DNA of 64,000 nucleotides, from contig SMSO01000004.1 in assembly GCA_004764695.1 (NCBI GenBank), positions 1,116,001 through 1,180,000 on the forward strand, written 5' to 3'. The stretch is from Schizochytrium sp. TIO01. Its lineage: Eukaryota > Protista > Bigyra: Labyrinthulomycetes. This document shows, in pieces, positions 23,901-31,816 of this stretch. A program made the position numbers and the translations under genes. Below the pieces are notes generated by a model that saw only the letters and a program-made list of their open reading frames with translations, ran no database searches and was not told the DNA's origin. Positions within the stretch are counted from its first letter, which is position 1. Each line of letters begins with the position of its first letter.

Positions 23901-26900
23901 TCACTCTTTGCTTCTTATGAATGGTCAAAAGGAGCTTCAGTTTCTTGTCCCGAACCATACTGCTACCCGGCCACGTCTCAAGGGTCGTCCATTCAGCAAG
24001 GAAATTCTGTGTGATAGAGGCTCATTTGCTTGGTTACAAACCATGGATACGCGATACTATCTCTACCGCATCCACACAAGTTCAACCTTTTTGGTGAGCC
24101 AAGAGCTAAGCGCAAGCTTATACCTGGTGCACCTCAAGCTTCTTAAACGAGAGTACGAACAGGCTTATAATTTGGCACCGACTTGTACTGTTGATGTACC
24201 TTTTGCTCCTGATGAAGGGTTCATTTGGTCTCAACTTGAGGACACTTTGGATGACATGCACCCTGATGCTCATGCCTGTCGTCTGCGTTTGTCCCTAGCT
24301 ACGATGTACGCAAGGGACCACATTCGATCTCCTTGGGAGGTACATGCTGAGTATGATCGCTACTTGAGCAAACTTGCCCGTGTTTCAGCAAGCTGCCGGC
24401 TTACCCACGAGGAGGAGCTAAAGATTTGCCGGCTCACTTCATCAGGAACACCATTGATTAAGAACCGCTTGGCCGGTCTTTCGCAGCCTGAGCTCAAGCC
24501 AATCGAGCTCAAAGCCCCGGCGCCGCGTGTGGGAGGTGCTCCCTGGAATAAGGTACAGAGTCAGACATTGGAATACTACAATACGCACGGTACAACTTTG
24601 AAACGTTTGCATTTTCGCCCCCGACTGGGGGACAGCACAAGTGGCCGCGCTCCTTCCACTTTTGCCGGGTTCATGACTGAGGTTATATTTGATGAGCAAA
24701 TTGTTATGGATGAAGAAAGTGGAGTGAATCGTCAGCTTGGTTTTACATTCTTATATCAGCTTTTAACTTCACCTGTTGCTACTCAAGACATGGCAAACCC
24801 CAAATGGTTTGGTGAGATTATGGTGAGGTACTTACATTTGAAACTGTCTAGATGGGGTCGCGAAAGTGTGTCTGATGGCGAGGTTGAGGCTTCCAACTCC
24901 CGTCACATGGCTCAATTGTTTGCTGTTCTTGACGAGCCGAGCCGTTCATGGCCGCAGGTTCCAACAGACTCTGAGTCACTTGGACTTCTAAGAAACGGTA
25001 TCAACTTGTACTCCCGCTCCGGCCGAGAATCAGGCGTGAAGATGTGGCTTGATCTTATCGACATGGAATTCCAAGATGTTTGGCCTATTGTCTGCTCGCG
25101 CAACGACCCTAGCGTGAGGTTTCGCCCAGCCTTTGTCCTCAAGGACATTCCAAACGGCATTGCACATCCTATTCTTCCCGCTGTGGTTGTTGATACAGGG
25201 CTAGCACAGAGGCATTTGAAGGATGAAGCTGAACTTGAGCAGATGCGGCGCCCTCTGGCTGCACTCTGGGATGACTTCATCAATGTAATCAAGTCAACCT
25301 CGGACCCGCCTTCCGGTAACCTTCCATTTGACTTGTATAGTCATCCAGCGGCACAGACAACTGTTGCACGTGACATGTTGAAGCGCTTAGAAGAAGATGT
25401 TGAAGGCTATGCAGCATCATATAAGAGTCAGAAAGAACCTGTGCTTGTTTCTCGCGAAAGCAAGGATCTTGATCGCTTGATTGAGGCCCTTGAGGAGATT
25501 GAGCTCGAAGATGCACGAATTGTCAGAGACACAATCACCGACATTCTTGCAGAAGCTAATCATCTCGAAGACGAGGATTGCAAGCTTCGTTTAAGCGGGT
25601 ATGCGCAGCTTCGTGACAAAGTTTCCTTTGCTTTGATAACACAGGCTCTGCTTTCTCGTGATGCAGCGGAAGATATCTGCAAAGTTAACCCTTCTCTGGA
25701 TCATGATCAAGTTGAGGCTTTGCTAGACCGAGCCCTGCCTGTGCTTATCCGCACAAACCGTATTTCTCATGCCAACCGCGCAGGCCAACTGGCAAGAGAT
25801 TTGAAGCGTGCCCAGGCATCTACCGCCTCTGGAGCTGATTTTCGCGCGGATCAGATCGCACGTGGTCTCGCGGAGAGCCTTGCAACAGTCCGTCACTACG
25901 TAGAGGATGATGGAACTTTCGACCCTCGTTTTCTAGTATTCGAGTATATTTTTGATATTGTGCTTCGTGAACGCCAGGTAGAGATCGTACGATCGTTTGC
26001 TGAAGATATTAAGTATGATCGCTCCCATGTGCAACAAATGATCATGGGTGCTGGTAAGACAACGGTCGTTGCCCCTCTCCTTACCCTTCTTCTTGCTGAT
26101 GGTGATACCTTGGTTACCCAGGTTATGCCAACGGCATTGCTCGAGCAAACACGGCACATTATGCGCTCGCGCTTTGCTGCAATAATCACAAAACGTGTGT
26201 TTACCTTGGAGTTCGATCGTGGTTGTGAAGATGCTGTAGATATTGCGAAGGCGGTTTTTGACAAGCTTGATGAGGCACGCCGTTCTCGATCTGTGGTAGT
26301 CGCATCCCCTGACGCGGTAAAGTCACTTTTTCTGAAGTTTGTGGAGCACATGCACTCACTTGAAAGTGTAGACCCAGATGTCTTACGCCCTACCTCGAGC
26401 TTGCGACAGAACCGTGAGATTGTCAACTTACGTGATACCATGCAAGCGAGGTCTGATATGGCTGACTCGATGGTGCCTATCTTCGACATGTGGCGCGATG
26501 GTGTATTGATTATGGACGAAGTTGATGTCCTTTTACACCCGTTGCGCTCGGAGTTGAACTTTCCCATTGGCCTCAAGGATCCTATTGATATGTCTGGCTT
26601 CCGTTGGGATTTGCCAATCCATTTGTTGGGCGCGTTCTTCCCAGAGGCTCGCGAGGGACTCGAGTCATTCTTTCCTGAGGACAGCACACGTCAGCACGCT
26701 AACAGCCTTTTAGATGAGATTGATAGAGTTGTTGACGATGGTTATGCATCTCATGCTTTGCAACGTAATCCTCACTTAGTTCTTTTGGATGAGTCTTTCT
26801 ATAGGACGCGGTTAATGCGCGTAGCCGCGGAGTGGTGTGCTCTCTGGGTCCAGCGTAATGCACATGACTTGCCAGCAACAGAGCTTCTAGTTGAATACAT

Positions 26901-29900
26901 GATTTTGGAGGACCTGTGGGAGAGTTCTGAGATCGATGCCGCATTCCATTCCCGCTCAGGTGATAACATGAAGCTCCTAAATCTTGCTCGGGATTGGATT
27001 CGTGTTTTGCTTCCTCATGTTCTCTCTAAGATTGATCGTGTTTCTTTCGGTATCCTTAGCCCTGTGGATCTTGCCAACATTGACCAGCGCCGTACACCTC
27101 TCTCACGGAAGCTCATGGCAGTTCCATTTGTTGGTAAAGATGTCCCGTCGCGTTCATCTGAATTTGCTCACCCGGATGTTGTCATTGGTCTCTCTGTCCT
27201 GGGATATCGATACGAAGGTATGCGTTTAAATGATATGCGTACTATTGTAACACAACTTAAGGCTGACTTTAGCCGAGAGGTTGGTCCGCGTGACCAGCGC
27301 CCCTCCAGTAAGCTATTCCGCAGTTGGCTCGAGCACGCGTCACGAGGCCTTGGGGAACAGCTTCCGGTGCTTCCTTTGCCTCTCTTCCAGGTAAATGATC
27401 CCAAACAACTTGACCGTCTTTTTCATCTTTTGCGTAAAGAAGAACGTGTCATCACGTATTACCTGCGTCAACATGTCTTCCCAGCTTGTATGAACTTTCA
27501 GAGTATTAAGATTAGTGCTTGTGGACACGAACTAGGTAGCACATTACTCTTTAGAAAGCGCATTGGATTCTCCGGTACTCCCAGTAACCTTTTGCCAACT
27601 GATTTAGGTTCATGCATGTATGAACCTGGATCTGATGGTAAGGTCATGCATGTGCTCTCTTCAGATGAAGTCGTGTCAGTCAAACGGAAGACCGACTGGA
27701 CAGCAAAGAGCCTGCTTCGCGATGTTGCAGCCAGCGACCCGCCTATCCATGCACTAATCGACACCGGTGCATTGATTACAGGTATGGATAATGAACAGGT
27801 TGCCCACTATTTGCTAGATTTCTTGCCGCGATCGAAGTTTGAGGGTGTTGTCTATCTGGATCGGTCTGATCGTAAGATGTTTTTACAACGCTCGAGTGGA
27901 AAGAGCCTTCACTTGTCACAGTGTGGTGTGGATCCTTCCCGCCGCTTCACTTTCTATGATCAGGTACACACAACTGGTATGGATATCAAGCAAGCACCAG
28001 ACGCACGTGCTGTTGTTACAATTGGCAAAGATATGACCTTCCGTGACTATGCCCAAGGTTCATTCCGTATGCGTGGCATTGGCGTAGGTCAAAAGATTGA
28101 ACTGTACCTAATTGCCGAAGTGGAGCAACTGATCAAAAAGGACCTTGCTTTGAAGCACAACACTGTAAAGCCTCTTGATGTGCCGGCATGGCTTTTGGTT
28201 AACAGCATGAGGATGGAAACTATTCAATTCTCGATGTTAAGCTTTCAGGAGCTGTACAACTGCTGGCGCAAGGAGGCTATGGCCTCGCTTGTTGATGATG
28301 TTAAGGCACACTCACCATTGCTTCCAAACGCGCCCGATGCTGTATCACATGGTCAACGTCTTCGACGCTTCTTGAAGCTTGACGATGCTAGTGGATCAGG
28401 TTTGTCCGAGGAGGAGCGCCAATGGCTAGTCAAGTGTATCAATCTTTTCCGTGAACCCGTCGGCTTTACCGTTCCAGATGAAATTCCAGCACCACAACCG
28501 TTCCATGAGAAGATTAAGCATCTTGTGAAGGAAAATAGTCACTTTGCCAGTTCTGACACTGCTCGTGCTCTGGTGGATGAGATCGTGGAGCGTGTTCGTT
28601 ACACAAAGGATCTCAAGTCTGAGGAGCTCGAAGCTGAGATTGTAAACGAAAACGAGCAAGAACAGCAACAACAGCAGGAGGAGGAGGCAGAGGAAGAGCA
28701 AGAAAAGGTTAGTCGTTTCTCTCGAGACGATGAACAAGCCAATCCCTGGGATGTCGCTCATCTCAATGCTAACCCGTCAGGTGTCATTGGCGATGAGCCA
28801 TTCTACCTATTCGCAGACTTTCGGGTCCGTGAATCCCAACCAAAGCTGGACTACCCTTCTGCACTTATGCTTAGCGATAATTGGTTCCGTCCACGCTGGA
28901 TTGGTCTTGGAGATCGCAGACTCAAAAACGTCATGGTGGTCCTTGAGTGGTCCCCCAAGTCGTTTACTGAGCAGTTGGCCAAACTTGTACCGCTTCTTCA
29001 CCAACATTTAATGACAGAAGCTGGCCTCTCGCCGAACATGGCAGCCGTTCGTGCCCTAATGATAGCAACTGCCGCCTCAACTCCTGAGGATTTGAAGTTG
29101 CGCCGCGCTATCACTGACCGTCTTCCACCTTCTAAGAATCCCCATGAGAATAAGTTCTTTGTGGCTATCTCCCTGTCAGAAGCTGAAACACTTCGTCGTA
29201 TCTTGCATACGCCTCAGTCAGACTTAACTAGTGATTACGCGCTTCTTTCAATTGAAGATGGAAGCTGTATCGACGCAAGTCGTACAGTTCACTTGGAGCG
29301 CTCTGAAGATGATCATGATAAGGAGCTTATCATGGCTTGCCTTCGATTTGTCAATTGTGACATGCATTACACTGATGTCGAAGTAGAACTTTTGGAGGAG
29401 GTCTTCCAAAATTGCAAAATTCAAGACCGCATCGATCACTTCGAGTCTAACCTGCGTTTGCGTCGTCGCGAAAAGTACCTATGGGGAGATACCCCATTGG
29501 CCAAACTCTTTACCGAACGATCGGAGTGGCATTTGCTTTCTGCACGCGCCAAACTGCAACAGCTTAGTGTTTCCCTCTTGCGTATCCTGCGCTCGCCCAA
29601 GAACACTATTGATCTTCTGTCGACTTTCACAAGGGCAGATGCCGATGCAGACGGTGCTCTAACACATGCAGAAATGCAGCGCATGCTTGAGGACCTTCAT
29701 CTGGGATACTCTCCTGCTGATATCGCTCTGGTTGTGAATCTGATCGATGAGGACAATGTTGGTGCAATTACTTGGAAACGGTTCGTTGATGCCATGGCCT
29801 TGCCTGAAAAGTACTTGACTCAGGATACTGATCGCAACAAGTTGGATGAGGAACGAAAGAATCAACGTTGGCAATGCCCAGTTTGCACATGCTTGAACCT

Positions 29901-30081
29901 GCCTTCTGATGTCGAGTGCCAGGCTTGTGGCTCTGGCTGGGACGGAAACCTTGTTGTTCCTAATGACAAATGGATGTGTGATCCGGAATTTGGTGGCTGC
30001 ACAATGTTCAACGATGAAGGAACATTTTATTGTTCAGTTTGTGATAAGGCACGCCCTTCGCTAATGAATGTTCGTTTCTAA
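17998..30081 (+). CDS. Giant (~4027 aa) DUF3638/DUF3645 SF2/SecA-like P-loop NTPase with NZF/RanBP2 zinc fingers, UBA, SH3-like and EF-hand domains
   Basis: Uninterrupted 12-kb ORF, first ATG at 17998. FEYIFDIVLRERQ, QMIMGAGKTTV (Walker A, ~26035), IMDEVD (~26515), RKLMAVPFVGKDVPSRSSEFAHPDV (DUF3645-type, ~27105), GFSGTP, LIDTGAL, FYDQVHTTGMD, QGSFRMRG. W.C..C...N......C..C fingers at ~21967, ~29869 and ~29971. LGF...ACRLAL..CDGN...AAEWL (UBA, ~23045). DADADGALTHAE and DEDNVGAITWKRF EF-hands (~29638-29785). Confidence 0.85.
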   Translation: MSQAPPQQQEEQQRPSIWELGPFCALLADPFVENNSEVPNGGLPTACAVLEILVRESPQLQRWAENPVMSKVTLLRKLAGAEIDDADKCSEYISAFLETMKGLPAGEVVFIPGGWSGSTTRGSIVLVAERNSDETFNLVVCNAGAGLNYHPSRVCEEDPTKIKYLTCFKLEKLSRNRFLDRAIWTTMFSQWFSTSEFHRVEVIYDVLLPWLTGEPTLSHALQHAVEGGSPEWRTALRAGTSSSWRNMMEAVRYYLVEHNGCSAGEMKELTTTLKVEMLNMALGDMNDDGRQPPPTDFRTLIRMGCSTVSHAVLKLGYIDTRKREQVLNLVNSVEEKLTELDQADEKARQELEEEPDTADALYPVPFDASKIEQKDGVFPMVEANLKNVERYAGLAQQPRTSQGCNILQVPMRRVTSVEEAVAALVRCDTVCTELNRRCKDGSSFSSRIALQYQIAELIRPVVTQVLPPPKPIMSGTASSSDGCIWKNFPSLELEMTCLRLLHKITMTYAQAWQSFDAPTRGFDSERAVIALNLLAIFDCVLRHDHFDMELANVLNDDGGYAISTTVCVANMSLYRLSSTMEIHQPALALSRSRCLEYFESVQQACKYKDLFIFRMPTDKIEVKKYSTTVVFLRKLMERLGYELIPRDNPQPPPEIEALLEWMTSPSTPLARDHPEYGLLRDMACMYKFMSTMESRESELQRQRIASNEYVSWGLSFEDTSMESGAFHTRRNFLGGSLRWEVVNYRGLDLDTADVQVTVFGDRKVFFGEGLVVHSPADIGAILNHSGPQRPTEDDILHSDALPNFGDTLSRQESEMLLSYLTVPYLRIPLVLAFFATGDRVTYLFNHQIQGLLRAVLFDSADWVPSGKQDRITTVPASKEYGFKSALQDSGVSSRGGNRANGFGGTGKHAILGTADGLLLNELRHAPESTLRPLMKMLRSLNDLAEASVYSPDAALSLYLIELALDVQSFFLLVKVGDEREQEMHNFLTGSCRTILKKWLVEAFENNDIQTSCMIHSYLALIWANLRPDMLDAENVSELLGSLCFVRNWHGFGLGEPSALLGYGSSMESNAAPEQRLTRFLQAHGVDTSRLAAGSLAKYVGQNRPLYLRVGSKTVRVPNLSQHEDVDENGQVKKRLLANVPEQKLFSMLQNQRASLVGFLGRIHSSSQEVFDHALTRVVRIALDTKGATLGKDAVLIEDDTASGWTMESRGKYISPDKEMTLDVQAAQILWRNDELKPLPDSMTHFNDFHTIFGKRQLHCGIVAQQQHRNWVHVVGTQFDLKLWDEPEDDDHGVDCPKDVSDEMDSGNDVAQESTSQGRAAGSNWACNICTFNNDPSATSCVMCGSPRSTPAMGSRNGPGAGQGGNSSANGGNAEGEQDSGVKAIKYRGAVYDRHVDPFDEDKITQLLENRDERWIMELLVPALQAHYKDTMTYRVLLPHENVSNDSNVATAMGCVKTEHEIEQEAPTGIGAFRSMMMGSRRPQVRKVVTSTWKEFVMYKDRQVLHVFNLVSHGRRVYRQLIFSSQACYSYHTMQASTVMFGGCGDLKAIFNLEESLEVNRNRNGFVETFIPSRLLFGVVPTALLEAYQFWHGTDNVIRGEPLDEESTWFGSKQIEIRQDRSIIQKPYSTSKRNSMAIARSVLAGHAASQQRRLVVDSSDRDAGDAGAKEARAAAGTSSEQFDQDTVLELCALGFSPAACRLALSKCDGNAAFAAEWLLNPSNAAQVSSAEEIVVDEQRYRVISHDVVRIRNAPSADLSHGLVSNQIGTLGFGQIVTAVARSGDWVRIRNEQEPEKDAWVLAFDPEHGLILDPITEAEAEADMSGLEGGGADVDAAAQKAIEIAQAKAEEARKAREAAEAEEAARLQAKEVVELDEEDPYNHLRLVNLLEVPIRGTALFRMITLLTKVEDVSHILAWSEVKDPTGAIVSIELPRLKLRIRPEKGKLQLSDQAGWFVCNIGARHRKLLDAHSLLLMNGQKELQFLVPNHTATRPRLKGRPFSKEILCDRGSFAWLQTMDTRYYLYRIHTSSTFLVSQELSASLYLVHLKLLKREYEQAYNLAPTCTVDVPFAPDEGFIWSQLEDTLDDMHPDAHACRLRLSLATMYARDHIRSPWEVHAEYDRYLSKLARVSASCRLTHEEELKICRLTSSGTPLIKNRLAGLSQPELKPIELKAPAPRVGGAPWNKVQSQTLEYYNTHGTTLKRLHFRPRLGDSTSGRAPSTFAGFMTEVIFDEQIVMDEESGVNRQLGFTFLYQLLTSPVATQDMANPKWFGEIMVRYLHLKLSRWGRESVSDGEVEASNSRHMAQLFAVLDEPSRSWPQVPTDSESLGLLRNGINLYSRSGRESGVKMWLDLIDMEFQDVWPIVCSRNDPSVRFRPAFVLKDIPNGIAHPILPAVVVDTGLAQRHLKDEAELEQMRRPLAALWDDFINVIKSTSDPPSGNLPFDLYSHPAAQTTVARDMLKRLEEDVEGYAASYKSQKEPVLVSRESKDLDRLIEALEEIELEDARIVRDTITDILAEANHLEDEDCKLRLSGYAQLRDKVSFALITQALLSRDAAEDICKVNPSLDHDQVEALLDRALPVLIRTNRISHANRAGQLARDLKRAQASTASGADFRADQIARGLAESLATVRHYVEDDGTFDPRFLVFEYIFDIVLRERQVEIVRSFAEDIKYDRSHVQQMIMGAGKTTVVAPLLTLLLADGDTLVTQVMPTALLEQTRHIMRSRFAAIITKRVFTLEFDRGCEDAVDIAKAVFDKLDEARRSRSVVVASPDAVKSLFLKFVEHMHSLESVDPDVLRPTSSLRQNREIVNLRDTMQARSDMADSMVPIFDMWRDGVLIMDEVDVLLHPLRSELNFPIGLKDPIDMSGFRWDLPIHLLGAFFPEAREGLESFFPEDSTRQHANSLLDEIDRVVDDGYASHALQRNPHLVLLDESFYRTRLMRVAAEWCALWVQRNAHDLPATELLVEYMILEDLWESSEIDAAFHSRSGDNMKLLNLARDWIRVLLPHVLSKIDRVSFGILSPVDLANIDQRRTPLSRKLMAVPFVGKDVPSRSSEFAHPDVVIGLSVLGYRYEGMRLNDMRTIVTQLKADFSREVGPRDQRPSSKLFRSWLEHASRGLGEQLPVLPLPLFQVNDPKQLDRLFHLLRKEERVITYYLRQHVFPACMNFQSIKISACGHELGSTLLFRKRIGFSGTPSNLLPTDLGSCMYEPGSDGKVMHVLSSDEVVSVKRKTDWTAKSLLRDVAASDPPIHALIDTGALITGMDNEQVAHYLLDFLPRSKFEGVVYLDRSDRKMFLQRSSGKSLHLSQCGVDPSRRFTFYDQVHTTGMDIKQAPDARAVVTIGKDMTFRDYAQGSFRMRGIGVGQKIELYLIAEVEQLIKKDLALKHNTVKPLDVPAWLLVNSMRMETIQFSMLSFQELYNCWRKEAMASLVDDVKAHSPLLPNAPDAVSHGQRLRRFLKLDDASGSGLSEEERQWLVKCINLFREPVGFTVPDEIPAPQPFHEKIKHLVKENSHFASSDTARALVDEIVERVRYTKDLKSEELEAEIVNENEQEQQQQQEEEAEEEQEKVSRFSRDDEQANPWDVAHLNANPSGVIGDEPFYLFADFRVRESQPKLDYPSALMLSDNWFRPRWIGLGDRRLKNVMVVLEWSPKSFTEQLAKLVPLLHQHLMTEAGLSPNMAAVRALMIATAASTPEDLKLRRAITDRLPPSKNPHENKFFVAISLSEAETLRRILHTPQSDLTSDYALLSIEDGSCIDASRTVHLERSEDDHDKELIMACLRFVNCDMHYTDVEVELLEEVFQNCKIQDRIDHFESNLRLRRREKYLWGDTPLAKLFTERSEWHLLSARAKLQQLSVSLLRILRSPKNTIDLLSTFTRADADADGALTHAEMQRMLEDLHLGYSPADIALVVNLIDEDNVGAITWKRFVDAMALPEKYLTQDTDRNKLDEERKNQRWQCPVCTCLNLPSDVECQACGSGWDGNLVVPNDKWMCDPEFGGCTMFNDEGTFYCSVCDKARPSLMNVRF

Positions 30082-30358
30082 CTCCAAACGCCATCAACGA
30101 CTTCACTACTTTCTACATGGTATACAATAACTCATGGAGGAATAATGAGATATGGAAACCCCCGTTATAAACAAAAATTAGACTTAGACTTGCACTTGTG
30201 ACTATTATGATACCAGTGGGTCCTAGGCTTCTTCATGTTTATTTTTAAATAAAACAAACAAAGGAAAATATCTTGAACTCTTGCTCAAAGCTCCCTCGTA
30301 TCGATTTTTCGTTTTCAAATTTGGATAATTTGCCTTTTCCTTACTTGCTTTCTTCAAC

Positions 30359-30378
30359 TTTTTTTTTTTTTTTTTTTT
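30359..30378 (+). repeat. poly(T)20 tract
   Basis: Direct read; lies upstream of MPDU1. Confidence 0.9.
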
Positions 30379-30642
30379 CGAAAGGCCATCAAACATTTAA
30401 TGACTCATGAAGAGAAAAAAAGAACGAAAAAAGAAAGGAGGGAAAATAGGATATACAGACCCAGATTTCGTGATCATCATAACGTTCGCTCTTGCAAAGT
30501 TTGAGATTATACTTGGATTGTGCCTGGAAAAGTTAAATTGAGCTACAAGAAGGGACCTCGGCTACATACCTTTCCAACAGCGTCCTGTGGAACAAACTGC
30601 TAGAAAGTGAGCCTCGTTGATCGTTTGAGACACGGTGGCGCC

Positions 30643-31392
30643 ATGGATGCTGTCAAAGATGTCTTGAACTCTACGCGGCCTCTACTCAGCCCGTTGATTA
30701 TGAGTGATTATTGCTTTGACTCTCTGGTTATGGACCTGAACATACTCGATGTACCGTGTCTTAAAGAGGCTGTGAGCAAAGCTGCGGGGTACGGCATTGT
30801 CGTCTTTTCAAGTATCCTTAAGCTGCCGCTGATCAGCAATATTGTTACTACGGCCTCTGTAGACGGTTTGTCTACTACTTCCGTGTACCTTGAAACAACT
30901 ATGTACGCGTCTACACTAATCTACCATGCTTTCTTGGGAAGTCCCTTTAGCACGTATGGTGAAAAATATATTTTACTGGCGCAGAACATTGTTGTGATTT
31001 TTTTCATTGTTCTCTATGGACGCAAAACTGCAGGTTTTGCCCTCATGTCTGCCATCGGTTTTGCCTTGTCTGTTGCTGGAATGGTAAATCTCCCTGAAGA
31101 GTACAGGCCGTTGCTGATTCTTTACTCTGGTAGTGGGGCAATCTTTGCTCGCTCGCCGCAGATTTACACTAACCTAAAGAATGGGCATACCGGTGTCTTA
31201 TCTTTGTTTACTTTTGCAGCGGCAGTGGTAGGTGGTATCGTTCGCCTTTTGACAATTTTGCAAGAGGTGGATGACACAATTGCTGCTTTGGGAGATCTTC
31301 TCCCACTTGCCTTCAACACGTTCATTCTGTTCCAGATTTTGTACTATAGGCGTGCGACAATGGAACATTTTGCCAAGCTCAAGAAGGAATAA
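30643..31392 (+). CDS. MPDU1: Mannose-P-dolichol utilization defect 1 homolog (PQ-loop membrane protein)
   Basis: CF...V...N.LDVPCLK..VSK..GYGIV..S.I.KLP, PFSTYGE, RSPQIYTN.KNGHTG.LS, R..T.LQEV.D, QILYY and a dilysine C-terminus KLKKE. ATG at 30643 in GCCATGG context. Confidence 0.92.
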   Translation: MDAVKDVLNSTRPLLSPLIMSDYCFDSLVMDLNILDVPCLKEAVSKAAGYGIVVFSSILKLPLISNIVTTASVDGLSTTSVYLETTMYASTLIYHAFLGSPFSTYGEKYILLAQNIVVIFFIVLYGRKTAGFALMSAIGFALSVAGMVNLPEEYRPLLILYSGSGAIFARSPQIYTNLKNGHTGVLSLFTFAAAVVGGIVRLLTILQEVDDTIAALGDLLPLAFNTFILFQILYYRRATMEHFAKLKKE

Positions 31393-31816
31393 AATTCTCT
31401 TAAAAGACGACTGACCTACAATATGCCATTTTCCTTGCGATGTCAAGACACCATTCAAACTTTTGACTTTAAAATAAAAAGATGTTTGTAGCTACGTGCT
31501 AGAGGTTAAGCCACGGTGTATGTTTCCAACTTAAGGCAATTAAGAAATAGACAGATTGGATTTTATTTTTTTTGCACGGCCACATAAGAATACTATAGGC
31601 AGTACAAAAAGGCAATACTCTTTATGATAGTTTAGCAAAAGAAGGTATACATACGAAACTAATTTTGATGTTCCATGAAAATTATATATATCGTATTTTT
31701 TGTTTTAAAGAAGAGATCAATGGGCGCAGGGTAGTAAAGGATATGCAAAAGGTCTGTTAACAAACAAATTCGAGAATGATGTGACAAGATAATTCTGTCT
31801 GGTGTATTCAGCATAA

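Noticed and set aside
25896-26687. 263-aa antisense ORF within the giant gene
   Set aside because: Shadow ORF opposite the conserved NTPase core; no recognisable features
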